Below are positions 1 to 13,674 of a DNA stretch of 64,000 bases, one piece after another. Below the pieces are notes generated by a model. It was not told the DNA's origin and ran no database searches. It saw only the letters and a program-made list of their open reading frames with translations. The stretch is taken from NCBI RefSeq assembly GCF_006345805.1, contig NC_043011.1, positions 53,952,464-54,016,463 of the forward strand. Reading direction: 5' to 3'. Position 1 is the stretch's first letter, and every line of letters starts with the position of its first letter. The stretch is from Octopus sinensis (lineage: Eukaryota). A program made the position numbers and the translations under genes.

Positions 1-29
1 ACCAGCCAGCTGTTATCTTTGTCCACTGC

Positions 30-939
30 AACTGATGCTGCTACTGATGCTGACGCTACCGCCGCCGCAACCACCACCACCACCACCACCACCACCACCA
101 CCACTACCACTGCCACCATTGCTGCTGCTGCCATCGTCACCGCCACTGCTGCCACCACAGCCACCACCACCACCACCACCACCACCACCAAAACCACCAC
201 CACCAACACTACCATCACCACCACCACCACTGCCGCCACCACCACCACCACCACCACCACCACCACCACCACCACCACTGCCACTACCACTACCATGACC
301 ACTGCCACCACCACCACCACCACCACCACCACCACCACCACCGTTGCTGCTGCTGCCATCGCCGCCATCACTGCCATCACCACTGCTACCACTGCTACCA
401 CCGCCACCACCACCAAACACAACAACAACAACAACAATATGATGAGCCGGCAAAGACTTAAGCCTCAAGGCAGTCACTAGACCAGCCAAATTTTCTTCCG
501 ATTACACATTAATTTTCTTAGAAAAGGACACATTATAAAATGTGGTTCAGGTTCCTCTCAGATGGGATGGTCATAATTGGATTATATTTGATCATAGATC
601 TATTCAATAGTGGTTGACCTAGGATTAAACAACAACAACAACAATAACATTAAGGGCAAAGGAAAGAACCATTCTGTAGCCTGCTAGAAATAACAGTCAA
701 AGCATTTACCATCATTACATTGGATGATGTAATTCTTGATATAGAAAACAGACAGGATGGTCATGGCTGGAATGCTGTAAATCAGATATTGTTCAAATAG
801 GATTGACCTTGGGTTATACAGCAACATTACCACCATCACCATTAGCATCATTATCATTACACCACCATCAGCAGCAGCAGCACCACCACCACCTCTACTG
901 CCACTAGCATCACTACTGCTACTGCTGCTGCTACTACTG

Positions 940-972
<33 letters not shown>

Positions 973-2295
973 TACTACTACTACTACTACTACCACAACC
1001 ATCACCAATCTCCACTACCACCACCAACCACACCACCACTACCACTGCCACCACCATTACAACCTTTCATAGCACCACCACCACTACCACTACTATCCTC
1101 ATCACTTCTCCCACTTTATTACCCCCTCCTACCATTACCACCATTGCTACAACCTTCCCCACCAACAACAAGGACAACCACCTTTCATATCATCACCATC
1201 ACCACTACCATCATTACCACTACCACCACCACCACTACCATCACCCCCATCACCACCACCACTGCCATCATTACCACTACCACCACCACCACTACCACCA
1301 CCACCACTATCACCATCACTACTACCACCACCATTACAACCTTTCATAGCACCACTACTACCAACAACAACATTATCATCATTACCACCTTTCATGCCAT
1401 CACCATCATTACAACCACCACCACCACCACCACCACCACCATAATCTATACCACCAACACCACCATTACAGCCACCACTACCACCATAATCCACACCAAC
1501 ACCACCATTACAACCACCACCACCACCATATTCTATACCACCGATACCACCATTACAACTACCACCGCCACCACCACCACCATAATCTATACCACCATCA
1601 CCACCACCACCACCATAATCTATACCACCATTACAACTACCACCATCACCACCACTACCACAACCATCATCATCCCTTTCACAACACTCACCATCACCAT
1701 CAAAAAACCACCACCATCAGCACCACCACCACCACAAATACCACCTACACCCTACCACCTACCACTAATATATGAAACCCTATTTGATAATTGAAATGAA
1801 ATGCTTTAAAAGTTTCATGTTATCAATTTTCTTAGGAAAAAAGAAAAAACTTGAAATTGTTGGAAGAATTATCAATTTGAAATTGGAGAAAAACTGTTAA
1901 TTTTGATTTTTGAATACCCAACACAGCAGAAATGGTTATTAGATAAGTTTATAAGATGATCAGCCCTGAAAATGACCTCTGGTATTTTGGAAAGATCAAT
2001 ATTAATTATTCCAATAACGATGAAATAATTGTTCAATTCTTCAAAATCACATTTTCCCCAAGTATTGATTTTAGAATTATGCAAGAAAAGAAGATTGTTT
2101 TTCACTGTTTGTTTCTACTGTTTTGTTTTGCTTTGCTTTTTTTTTTTTTTTTTTTTTTTTTTTTTCTTCTTTTACTTTAAAGAAAAGATAGAAATTTAAG
2201 AAATCATATGATTGGTGATGATAGTTATGATGATGATAACGATAATGATGATTGGGGATAATTAAAGATTAAATATGTTTATTTTGCTGCTGTTT

Positions 2296-2330
<35 letters not shown>

Positions 2331-2639
2331 GGAATAACCAAGCACAGATTTGTGTGCCTTGAGTATGTGTAGCGCTGTTTTCATTCTTCTTTTTTTTTTT
2401 GTTTTGTTTTGTTTTGTTTCTATTTTCCTTTTTCGACGATTAGAATTTTAATTTTATTGTATTGAGAGTAATTCTATACAACATGTGTGCCGTGCCTTGT
2501 AGTACTATTTTCTGTTATCCTCATCACCATTATCCTCATCATCATCATCATCGTCATCATCATCATCGTCGTCGTCATCATCATTATCATGATCATGATC
2601 ATGATCATCATCATCATCAGCAGCAGCAGCAGCAGCACT

Positions 2640-2673
<34 letters not shown>

Positions 2674-2790
2674 CCACCACCACCACACCACTACTGCTGC
2701 TGCCACCACCACCACTATCCTCATACACATCATTATCAACACCACCATTATCATCACCATCGTCGTCATCATCATCATCATCATCAATTA
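30..2790. repeat. Compound trinucleotide microsatellites (ACC, ACT, ATC, AAC)
   Basis: Directly visible; explains the poly-T/P/G/H ORFs. Confidence 0.95.
2340..2516 (-). mobile_element. R4/Dong-type LINE 3' tip
   Basis: QKIVLQGTAHMLYR and a 3' UTR resembling 23370-23400. Confidence 0.55.
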
Positions 2791-3719
2791 ATGTCCATGC
2801 TCCATGCATGGGTTGGATGGTTTGATCTGATGGGTCCAAGAAACTCCACCACACTCCTTTATTTACTTTGCCATGGCTTAGTTTTCTACAGATGAATGTC
2901 CTTCCTAATACCAACCACTTTACAACATGTATTGAGTGTTTTTTCTCCTTTTTCATGACACCAGCACTAGTGAGGCTGTCATGCAGTTTGCAAGATTAGG
3001 ATCCCATTTGAGTTTAGAAAGGGAGGCAGCTTTCTGCTTGGAGATGAGTAGTTAAAGTATGATAGAAGGAGTGAGAAAAGAATGGGGCTTTTACTGTATA
3101 GGATCTACATGGTTCCTCATATTATAAGAGAGAGGGTTGGAATGACCAGGGTGGAACTGGAAAGAGGTCGAAATTGTGGTGATGAAGTATCAGGGTAGAT
3201 CCTGTAGATATGGAGTGAAAAGAGTGAGTGGGGACAAGAGAACAGGGAGTGTGGGTGGGTAGAGGTTGCAAGGATATGGGAGAGTGAGAGTTGGATAGAG
3301 ATGGGAAATGGGCATGGCAGTGAATATAATGAAGAATAAATGTTGATGTATGTTAAGTAGGGAAAGTAGGGAAGAGTAGGTGACAACTGTAGAAATTTGA
3401 TGGGTTTGAAAGGTGGGATCAGTGAATGGTAGATCAGAGGTGGGGAAGTGAAATTGTGGTCGTGGCCAGTGTCAGTGACATGTAAAAGCCATCCATGTTG
3501 GTGACACATAAAAGGCACTTGTGTGAGGCACCTGTGTGAGGCACCTGTGTGAGGCACCTGTGTGAGGCACCTGTGCTGGTGACATGTAAAAGGCACCCAT
3601 GCCGGTGACATATAAAAGGCATCTGTGCCGGTGATATATGGAATGTACCTAGTACACTTAGTAGAGTGGTTGGTATTAGGAAGGGCATCCAGCTGTAGAA
3701 ACCAAGCCAAAACATAACC

Positions 3720-4068
3720 CCTTTTCTTCTGCATATTGAGCAAAACCATCTTCTTGAATAGACCAGGGTCTTGTCTAATTTCCTGCATACTAAAGCCTTT
3801 GTCTTTGCTAAGTTTACCGTGAGACCTTTTAATTCTAGATTTAGTTTCAATGCCAGGAATTTTCTCTCTAACTTCACTGTGGATTCAGCTGTGACAACTA
3901 GATCATAAACATTTAGGCGTGGCTTTGTGGTAAGAAGTTTGCTTCCCAACCACATGGTTCAGGGTTCAGTCCTACTGTGCAGCACTTTGGGCAAGTGTCT
4001 TCTACTATAGTCTTGGGCCGACCAAAGCCTTGTGAGTGGATTTGGTAGATGGAAACCGAAAGAAGCCA

Positions 4069-4160
<92 letters not shown>

Positions 4161-4890
4161 TTTATGTGTTTGTCCCCCCACCTTTGCTTGACAACCAATG
4201 CTGATGTGTTTATGTCCTTGTAACTTAGCGGTTTGACAAAAGAGGCCAATAGAATAAGTACTGGACTTACAAAAAAAAAATCATGATCCATTTGACTAAA
4301 ACCCTTTTAAGGTGTTGCGCCGGCATGGCCACAGTCAAATGACTGAAACAGATAAAAAGAAAAAAGTAAAAGAATACAGGAGTTCCCACGGAAAGCCAGT
4401 CTTAAATTACTCTCTGATGACTCGTCAGACTACAATAAATAGGAGAGGGTTGAGGACTAAAGTTTGATCCAACTCCTATCTTCACACTAAATATGTCACT
4501 AAAATCATTGTTGACTCTCACTTTACTGTCTGCGTCTTTATATCTCACCTGTACAGCTTTCACAAACCATTCTCATCTACACCCAGTTTCCTTAGTAACC
4601 ACTAAGTTACTTGGGTACCCTGTCAAAGCCCTTCTCCAGGTCAACAAATGTCAGGAATAGTGGTTTAATGTTAAGCCAAATGTTTCTCCTACAGTTGCCT
4701 GACCAGGAAGATTGCATCTGAGATACCACTGCCAGGCACAAAGCCAAACCACATCTCATCTAGGTCTACTCTGTCATGAATAAATTGTGCTATGACTCTT
4801 CATGACCTTCATAATCTGATATCGAACTCATCTATAATTTCCTTTCTCTTAGGCATCTCCTTTGCCTTCATAGCAGTTCACAATGCTTCT
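3720..4890 (-). mobile_element. RTE LINE RT fragments interrupted by a SINE
   Basis: DLVVTAES...GLTVNLAKTK...WFCSIC (3720-3910) and NYR/FVDLEK-like RT motifs at 4600-4880. Confidence 0.65.
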
Positions 4891-5980
4891 GCTACAGCAA
4901 CGAATATGTCTAATTCCTGATGTTTTAGAGATGCATTTCTCTGCATATCTTTTTATTGTTTGCAAGACACCCCAGGGATTGCATTAGTTTTTTGTTCCCT
5001 GACACTCTGGTTATTTCTAGTTCCAGATATTTATATCAAGATACATTCCACATCTCTCATTTCTTTTAGAAACGCTGTTTATTGGCATTGATACATCAAG
5101 ACTTTGACACTAATATCTGAATAATTTTCATTAATCTTTTTATCTTTCTAAACCAACATATCTATCCTCAGTGTATGGTCACTTTGTTATTTACTGAGAT
5201 ATTTTCTATTGAATCTTTGTTTATAGCAGCACTTTCATTTCAGTATTCCATAATGCTGATATAGTTTCTAGTTTATTTCTAGTTTATTAAAAACCCTTTC
5301 CTCTGTTATTTCTCTTTATATATTCTGTTTTTAGCAAAGAACACATAAACATCCGGGAACTATACAATTGATTATTTTTTTCATAGACACTACATGTTTT
5401 TGCTGTTCATATTTTTACACAGCATTCTATTATATATTTTTAGTTCTGTCTGATGGGAAGTCTTATACTGCAATCAGAATCTTTCTGTCTCAATTTTGAT
5501 TACTGTGCCATGTTAGGATTTTCTTTATCCATTTCTTTTCCAAGTTGTCAGGTATTTGTCATGTAAAAACTTCCTTTCTTTATTCTTTCTATTTTTTTTT
5601 TCGTTTTTTTTTTTTTTTTTTGGTTGCAATAATATTTTACAGTTTTATTTCCTAGTCAGTTTTTAGCATTTTTCAATCATTTCTGTTGTTATTTCTCCAT
5701 CTTCCTCACAGCTGCTGTTTTTACCTGAACCTCTGATTTATATTTGTCAGTTTCCCTCGAGACAGAAAACAGGTTTTTAAAAATTTATTTATTTCTTTCG
5801 CTCATGTTTTGTAACTAATTGTTTTAGTTTCCTTTTTATGTTTTACTAAATATTTTTACAGTCCTGCAGTAGAAATATCATAGAAGTTTTCCTCTTGCTA
5901 TATTTGTCATTAATGCTATCATTATTTTCCTTGCTTTCCTGTCTAGTCTTACAAATTCATTTAACTTCCAATGGTGAGTA

Positions 5981-6354
5981 TCTCTCTCTATATAAACGGC
6001 AGTTTGTCTGTGTGTGTTTCTGTGTGTCTGTTAGCTTGTACCCTCACCCTGACCATGGCTTTCAACCGATTCTGATGAAACTTAACACACACATAGCCCA
6101 ATGTCATATTTCAAAACTAACGCAGAGAAAATTTTGAAAAGTTCCCCCAGTTCTGAAAAAAATCGATAAATTCGACATGGGGTCGAGAATCAGAAACACA
6201 AACCACAGACTGTCTAGGGGACGCAACTCGACCGTTTTAACTCTCAAAAAAAATTTACCATAATTTTTTTTCCATTTTTTTGGCTATAACTCTCTAAAAA
6301 TGCTTTATAGTTATTTCCCTTACAAACCCGAGCAATGCCGGGCGATACTGCTAG
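5981..6354 (+). mobile_element. Non-autonomous Helitron
   Basis: 5' TC (tctctctctatataaacggc), 3' hairpin cccgagcaatgccggg, terminal CTAG, inserted between A and T, no TSD. Confidence 0.85.
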
Positions 6355-7299
6355 TTATAACTACAACTTAACAACAGGAATCACCAGAGCATTTATACCT
6401 CCTGCCATTTCCTTTTTTTATCATTTAGCTCTGTTTGAAGATGGTCAGTTGACAGAGTAGCCAAAGTGTAGGATAGAACGTACAGCAATATTTGTTCCCG
6501 GTGTAAAGTGGTGAGCTGACAGAATTGTTAGCACATCGGACAAAATGCATTCTGAGCTCAAATTCTGTGAAGGTCGACTTTGCTTTCATCCTTTCAGGGT
6601 CAATAAAATAAGTACCAGTTGAACACTGGGGTTGATTTAATTGACTTAGCCCCTCCACAAAGCTGCTGGCCTTGTACCAAAATTTGAAATCATCATCATC
6701 ATCATCATCGTTTAATGTCTGCTTTCCATGCTAGCATGGGTTGGACGATTTAACTGAGGACTGGCGAACCAGATGGCTGCACCAGGTCCAGTCGGATCTG
6801 GCAGTGTTTCTACAGCTGGATGCCCTTCCTAACGCCAACCACTCTGAGAGTGTAGTGGGTGCTTTTACGTGCCAGTAAGGTGGTACTGGCAATGGCCACG
6901 CTCAAAGGGTGTTTTTTACGTGCCACCTGCACCGGAGCCAGTCCAGTGGCACTGGCAACGACCAATATTTATTCCAGCTGTAAGGTGGCAAGATAGCAGA
7001 ATCATGCCAGACAAGGTGCTTAGCAGTATTTTGTCTGTCCATATGTTCTGAGTTCAAATTTTGCTGAGGTCAATTTTGCCTTTCCTCCTTTCGGGGTCAA
7101 TAAAGTAAGTACCAGTTGAACACTAGAGTTGATATAATCAACTAATTTCTGCCTCTGAAATTGCTGGTGTTGTGCTGAAATTTGAAATCAAGATCTGTTC
7201 CAGCTCTTTGGATCCTGGCTTTACAAAGGCTTATTTTGCTTTTCACTCTTTTGAGTTCAGTACACCACATTTTCCAGCATACAAGTGAACATGGTATAC

Positions 7300-7697
7300 T
7301 CTTTACTCTCTCTCTTTTACTCTTTTACTTGTTTCAGTCATTTGACTGCGGCCATGCTGGAGCACCACCTTTTAGTACTTATTCTATCGGTCTCTTTTTG
7401 CCGAACCGCTAAGTGACGGGGGACCTAAATACACCAGCATCGGTTGTCAAGCAATGCTAGGGGGACAAACACAGACACACAAACGTTTGAACACAAACAC
7501 ACGCATACATATATATATATATACATATATACGACAGGCTTCTTTCAGTTTCCGTCTACCAAATCCACTCACAAGGCATTGGTCGGCCCGGGGCTATAGC
7601 AGAAGACACTTGCTCAAGATGCCACGCAGTGGGACTGAACCCGCAACCGTGTGGTTGGTTAGCAAGCTACTTACCACACAGCCACTCCTGCGCCTAT
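7300..7697 (-). mobile_element. tRNA-derived SINE family A with internal (TA)n/(CA)n. Other copies: ~3915-4375 +, 27130-27535 -, 29712-30107 -, 34775-35230 +, 36315-36731 -, 47620-48031 -, 53587-53993 -, 62650-62878 -
   Basis: Head ggcgcaggagtggctgtgtggtaag...ggttcagtccc (A/B boxes), conserved body, central microsatellite, agtaaaag tail; more than 10 copies. Resembles described octopus SINEs; family not verified. Confidence 0.9.
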
Positions 7698-8274
7698 ACA
7701 GTGTAAACGTTCAAACATCCTTGCTATCTTTCCAAAATCCTTCTGCATTTCACATGAGATGTTTATTTCTCCAAAGCTGTCTTGATGTGTAAGCCAACCT
7801 ACCTTCTTCGGCTGCAAATTTTGGTCAAAATTCAAACCTGTATTCCAGAAAATTCAGTTTTAAATAACAGCCCAGTTATAATCCTCTTTCCCTAAAGTTG
7901 TCACAGTTAACATGTTCCCCTAAATCAAAACTGGAAGGACCAACAGGATGTCAGTGTCTGTTTGTGACAACATTATCTCCAAAAACAATTAGTGAAAATA
8001 TTTTACATACCACCAACTTATTCTCAACTGGGAGTGACAGCCACACATAGTTTAGCTTTGTTCTATGTAATTAATATAATGTATCTATAATGTTTCTCCC
8101 TAATATTTTCTTTCATTTGTGTACATTGAACTTTGTCTTCTTCAGAAATTCTTTACTATTTGTAAGCTTCACTTTTGTATCTTGTCTCTCTCTTTGTTTA
8201 ATATGACATGCATTTTGATGCCACTTTTCCTTAATGGCATATCCTCTCTCTCTCTCATATATATACATATATAT

Positions 8275-8940
8275 ATCATCATCATCATCATCATCGTTTA
8301 GCATCCGCTTTCCATGCTAGCATGGGTTGGACGGTTCAACTGGGGTCTGGGAAGCCAGAAGGCTGCACCAGGCTCCTGTCTGATCTGGCAGTGTTTCTGC
8401 GGCTGGATGCCCTTCCTAACGCCAGCCACTCCGTAAGTGTAGTGGGTGCTTTTTACGTGCCACCAGCACAGGTGCCAGGTGAGGCTGGCAATGGCCATGA
8501 ATGGATGGTGCTTTTTACGTGCCACCAGCACGAGGCCAGTCAGGGCGGCGCTGGCAATGGCCACGATCGGATGGTTCTCTTACGTATCACTGGCACTGGT
8601 ATCACAGCTGCAATTTCCATTGATGTTGATCGATTTCGATTCCGATTCTCACTTGCCTCAACAGGTCTTCACAAGTAGAGTTTTGTGTCCTCAGAAGGAA
8701 AGGTATGCATAAGTGGACTGGCACATCCCGGGTTATGGTCTCACTTGTCCTGCCGGGTCTTCTCACGCACAGCACACTTCCAAAGGTCTCGGTCTCTAGT
8801 CATTTCCTCAGTGAGACCTAAAGTTCGAAGGTCATGCTTCACCACCACGTCCCAGGTTTTCCTGGGTCTGCCTCTTCCACAGGTTCCCTCAACCGCTAGG
8901 GTATGGCGCTTTTTCACACAACTATCTTCATCCATTCTGC
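8275..8940 (-). mobile_element. RTE LINE 3' end
   Basis: C-terminus GRGRPRKTW...DLRTLGL...RDRDLW (8741-8935), then a subrepeat-containing 3' UTR and (GAT)n tail. Confidence 0.85.
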
Positions 8941-9330
8941 TTGACTAAAGGTGGTGCTCCAGTTAAATGACTGAAACAAGTAATAGAGTAAAGTGTAAAA
9001 ATATATACACACACACACATATATACATACATACATATATGCATAGATATATACACACACATATATATATATATATATATGTGTGTGTATGTATATATGT
9101 ATGTATGTGTGTGTGTGTGTGTGTGTATGTATTTTTACACTTTACTCTTTTACTTGTTTCAGTCATTTGACTGCAGCCATGCTGGAGCACCACCTTTAGT
9201 CGAGCATATTGACCCCAGGATTTATTCTTTGTAAGCCTAATACTTATTCTATCAGTCTATTTTGCCGAACCACTAGCGGATGGGGATGTAAACACACCAG
9301 CATTGGTTGTCAAGCGATGTTCGGGGGACA

Positions 9331-9900
9331 ACATGCTACAAGAGCAAAGGAGATGCTTTAGCAAGAGGAAATTACAGAGGTATCAAAACGTTGGATCAGA
9401 TTATGAATGCCATGGTGAGAGTCATAGCACAACTGATCCATAGCAGGTTAAATTTAAATGAAATGCAGTTTAGCTTTATGCCTAGCAGAGGAACTACAGT
9501 TGCAGTCTTTTGAATGAGGAGACTGCAAAGAAAATACTTGCCTAAGAATATACCATTATTCTTGTCATTCATTGATTTGGAGAAGCCCTTTGTCAGGGTA
9601 CCATGGTTGGTAATTTAATGGTCACTAAGGAAACTAGGTGAAGATGAATAGCTTGTGAGGGCTGTGTATGTGAAGTACAAAAATGCAGTAAGTAAAGTGA
9701 GTCAACAATGACATTGGTGATGAGGTAAATTTAGAGTCAATAACAACTTCAGTTGTTATTAGAGTCTATCAAGAGTTCTACTCATCATAGACCCATTGGC
9801 CATCACAGATAAGTTTATGACTGGGCTATCCAAAGAAACACCTATAAGCTGGTGATTTAGGTCTCATAGCAAAATATATAGTGGAATTGAGAGAAGATTC
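9331..9900 (+). mobile_element. RTE LINE RT fragment, degenerate
   Basis: YKSKGDALARGNYRGIK, QFSFMPSRGT, FIDLEKPF with stops. Confidence 0.8.
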
Positions 9901-9914
9901 TGAGTGAAAGAGTG

Positions 9915-10557
9915 TGTAGCATGGCAGTTTCAGCCATTTTGAAATATGACTATAGCGATTGCTAATATCTTCACTGTGTGAAAGGCAAGGCAGAAATGAT
10001 CTCGTTTGAGGTTACAACCATCTTTGGTCAACTGGTTCTTGTTCTAAATACTAACTTGATTGGCTGACAGGTGACACGAGTGGTCTCTACGTGTTTCGCG
10101 CCACTGGTTGACATGTGACACGAGGGTCCCTACGTAGTCCGCGCCACTGGTTGACACGTGACGCGAATTGTCTCGACTTATTTCGCGCCATAATTGCGAA
10201 TCAGCCAATCAAGACCTTCGGTTAAAATTCCATTTTCTGGAGTTCGGTGAGCCAACCAAACAGTATATAAAGCAGGGTTCACAGACACTTATGTCTTGAG
10301 TTCCAGTTCTTCTAAGAACTAACTTAGGCCACCTGCTGCTCAACTTAGAGATATGCGATTGTCTCTGCTACTACCTGTTGCTACGCTAATCTATACAAAC
10401 ATTGAAAGCCTCTCGAGTAGATTCCAGCATCTTGCCCTATGAACAGTAAACTAAATGCCATTCTTAATTCTATGTTCAGTACCTTTGGGTATGCTTCACG
10501 CCACCCGAACACACAGACACAAAACATGCTAACGCTTACGAACTCTTAAAATCCACA
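9915..10557 (+). mobile_element. Probable solo LTR
   Basis: TG...CA ends, three ~45-bp internal repeats (10071-10190), CCAAT boxes, TATATAAA at ~10264, AGTAAA, CpG-rich. No clear TSD. Confidence 0.5.
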
Positions 10558-11112
10558 TGATTATAAAATATGTAAAATAAATAATATTTATCTACCAACA
10601 GAAGACTTGTGTCAATTCACTTATGTCCTATTATCGTTTGTATGTATTTTATGGCTTTGAATAATTCGTTAAGAGTAGAACCGCGTATTTCCTATACAAC
10701 CACATGTGATCCTTATCTCTTACAAGTGTAAGCTGTTGGTCTGTGTTGCCTTTGATAATGTCAAGATGAATGCAGTGAAATGTCTGGAGACATAAAGAAT
10801 TGGAGCAGCACTGTTTATCTTTTTTCTGAATGCCCTCATTGTGTAAAAAAAAAAAAAACAAGTCTGTCTTCTTTAATCTGAATGCCCCCATTGTGTAAAA
10901 AACAACAAACCAAGTCTGCTTCTTTAAGTCCGCTTTATATGTGTGTCTCTATAAATGTAATTGTCTCATTTAATAAAATTTCATTACAACGATCGTTTTG
11001 CCTTCGCAAGTCAGTAAGTGAAGCGCTTGACTCTTTGCTTTTTTATTCCCGGTGAATATTGATATTTTTTTACGGATTTCTATTATTTTAATATCTATAA
11101 TTTTATATAAAC

Positions 11113-11421
11113 ATGAGCAGTAAACAAGTACCTCATATTTCTCAGGAAGGATTTATGGAAAACCGAGTTGATTTTGTAGAACACATGGACAATATCGGAT
11201 AATTTTTAGATCATGCTTTATCCAATGGTTTATTGACTTTAGAACATAAAAATGAAATAAGGTCCAAAATAAATCCTGACGACCAAAGACGAGAGTTACA
11301 TGATTATATATATAGGAAACTTCCGAATGTTTCAGATAAATTGATATCAGCCTTGAAAAAGTCGAAACATTTAAAGATACTTGATCTTTTGATCAGACCA
11401 CACGGTGAGGATCTTTTCTAA
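11113..11421 (+). pseudogene. Disabled duplicate of the CARD ORF
   Basis: Identical to 32798-33106 except TCA>TAA at codon 30 (11200-11202) and AGA>ATA at codon 53. Confidence 0.75.
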
Positions 11422-12181
11422 ACAATTTGAAACTTCGTATACTGGTAGAATGTGTCAAAAGAAAACATTAATTTCAACTAGATTGTTTGAGAAAATTGTA
11501 TTTTGTAACTTTTATGTAGTTTAATTCTTCAAAATTTAACCAATGAAATCCCAGCATTTAACTTAAATTCATTTGCTGAGTCTAAGTTAACAGCACACAC
11601 ATACACACGCACACAACAATAACACACACACACACACACACACAACAATAACACACACACACACAGGTACCCATGTTTATTTCAATGTCATCCCTGACTT
11701 ACGGAATGATTACCTGTGCGTGTGTGTTTTTGTTGTGTATGTGTGTGCGTGTGTGTTTTTGTTGTGTATGTGTGTGTTATTGTTGTGTACCTGTGTGTGT
11801 GTGTTATTGTTGTGTATGTGTGTGCGTGTGTGTTTTTGTTGTGTATGTGTGTGTTTTTGTTGTGTATGTGTGTGCGTGTGTGTTTTTGTTGTGTATGTGT
11901 GTGTGTTTGTTGTGTGTGTTATTGTTGTGTACCTGTGTGTGTGTGTTTTTTTTGTTGTGTATGTGTGCGTGTGTTATTGTTGTGTATGTGTGTGTGTGTG
12001 TGTGTTTGTTGTGTATGTGTGTGCGTGTGAAGTATGTAAGTGGTGCTTTAAAATCCCGGTCGTGTTGTATTAATATACAATGTGAAATTTACATGCAAAC
12101 ATACATATAAACATGCACACACCTACATACATACATACAAGCATTTCTTTTTGTTTTACCATTATAACTACAAAATGAAAA

Positions 12182-12740
12182 AATGGAAACGCAAATGTGT
12201 AACAGTTGTAAGGCATCGTATATTGACGTAATAAGACGGAAAAAAAGGGCGCTGACAAACGGGGGGGAGGGGGCTCGGAAAATTGCCTACGTGTGTGTCA
12301 AGTTTCATCAGAATCGGTTGAAAGCCGTGGTCAGGGTGAGGGTACAACCTGACAGACACACAGAAAAACTGCCGTTTATATATAGAGATTTTTAGAGAGT
12401 TACTTCCCTTATGCCAACAATGCGTTTAAATGGTGAAAATTGATGGTAAATTTTTCTTTAAATCGTAGGCAATTTTCCGAGCCCCCCCCCGTTTGTCAGC
12501 GCGCTTTTTTTTCGTCATATTCCTTCAATATACGATGCCTTACACCTCTTACACATACTTTTTTCCATTTTTGCCACCTGGGCGTGGATCCTCTACGGTT
12601 GATCCTGGGAATTTTCCGACCCCCCCCACACCACCCCCGTTCGTCAGCGCCCTTTTTTTCCGTCTTATTACGTCAATATACGATGCCTTACAACTGTTAC
12701 ACATTTGCGTTTCCATTTTTTCCACCGGGTGCGGATCTAG
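12182..12740. mobile_element. Rearranged Helitron pieces in inverted orientation
   Basis: Minus-strand 5' end (tctctatatataaacggcag at ~12388) homologous to the 5981 element; 12182-12291 is inverted at 12467-12721; ends in cgggtgcggatCTAG. Confidence 0.7.
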
Positions 12741-13499
12741 ATATTAACCGAAATATATTTACAGTTTCACAATTATTAAAATTGAAAATTTCTCCGATAA
12801 TTTTATTTTTCTATCTTGTTTATTTATTCATTGATGAGTGATTGGCAGCAAATGCTTTTAATTACTTTCTCACCTTTACATAAGGGAGCGGATATGGGTA
12901 CGTAGTTTAAGCTCGTTTATTCAACCGTGCTTCTTGGCTCGAATACGTTTCACTCTACTGAACCTGGACTAGAGTCATTTATTATAGTTTCGTATTTATC
13001 AACCCCTCGTAAATGGAATTCTGTTATGAGAAACTATTTTACAGCTCATCGTAGTGAGTTTTTATAGTAGAATTCTAATTTAAGAACTTCATATAACTAC
13101 TCCATTTCTTTTATATTTGGAATTTTCAGAAATTTTTTGCAAGTTTGTGTTCTTCATACAAGAATTCCTACGATTATATAAAAAAATTTATTATTATTAT
13201 TTTTAACCTTCTTCCTCTTCCCAACTTCTTAAAGTTCCCCTCCACTCTTTTTCAATTTTTAAAAAATTTTTACCTAAGAGTTTAAAATACGGACTGTCCG
13301 AAATTTTTGCTAAAACTCCAACAATGGACCACCCTTGGGGGCATCATCATTCCATTAAATGTGTTATTTGGGAGAAAAATATTGAAGAACATCGACACAT
13401 GTCAGAGTGACAAAGAAACGAGGAAGGTATCAGGTGGTCGTGGGATGCACATTTAGACCAGTGGTTATCATCATCATCATCATTTAACGCCTGTTAAAT

Positions 13500-13672
13500 A
13501 ATAATAATAATAATAATAATAATTGTGTACAGTGCTCAGGTGCACTACAACTCATCTAAAGTGTATATATAATCAGGTGTAGTTTCGGCGGATTTCGGGA
13601 AGCATGAGGGCCTTAAAGGATGCAGTGTCATGGCAGTCAACAACTGCCGCAACTTCAGCAACTCTGAGCGTG
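13500..13672 (-). mobile_element. CR1 3' tip
   Basis: Homologous to 33718-33870, with an (ATT)n tail. Confidence 0.75.
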
Positions 13673-13674
13673 TT

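Noticed and set aside
13-2956. Mucin-like poly-Thr, poly-Pro, poly-Gly and poly-His ORFs
   Set aside because: Trinucleotide microsatellites open in several frames, with no splice or domain evidence.
7454-7792. Recurring peptide family RQASFSFRLPNPLTR.WSARGYSRRHLPK
   Set aside because: Antisense translation of SINE family A; recurs at every copy.
13500-13672. CR1 tip as part of the CARD duplication
   Set aside because: It is visibly more diverged from 33718-33870 than the CARD block copies are from each other, so independent insertions are more likely.
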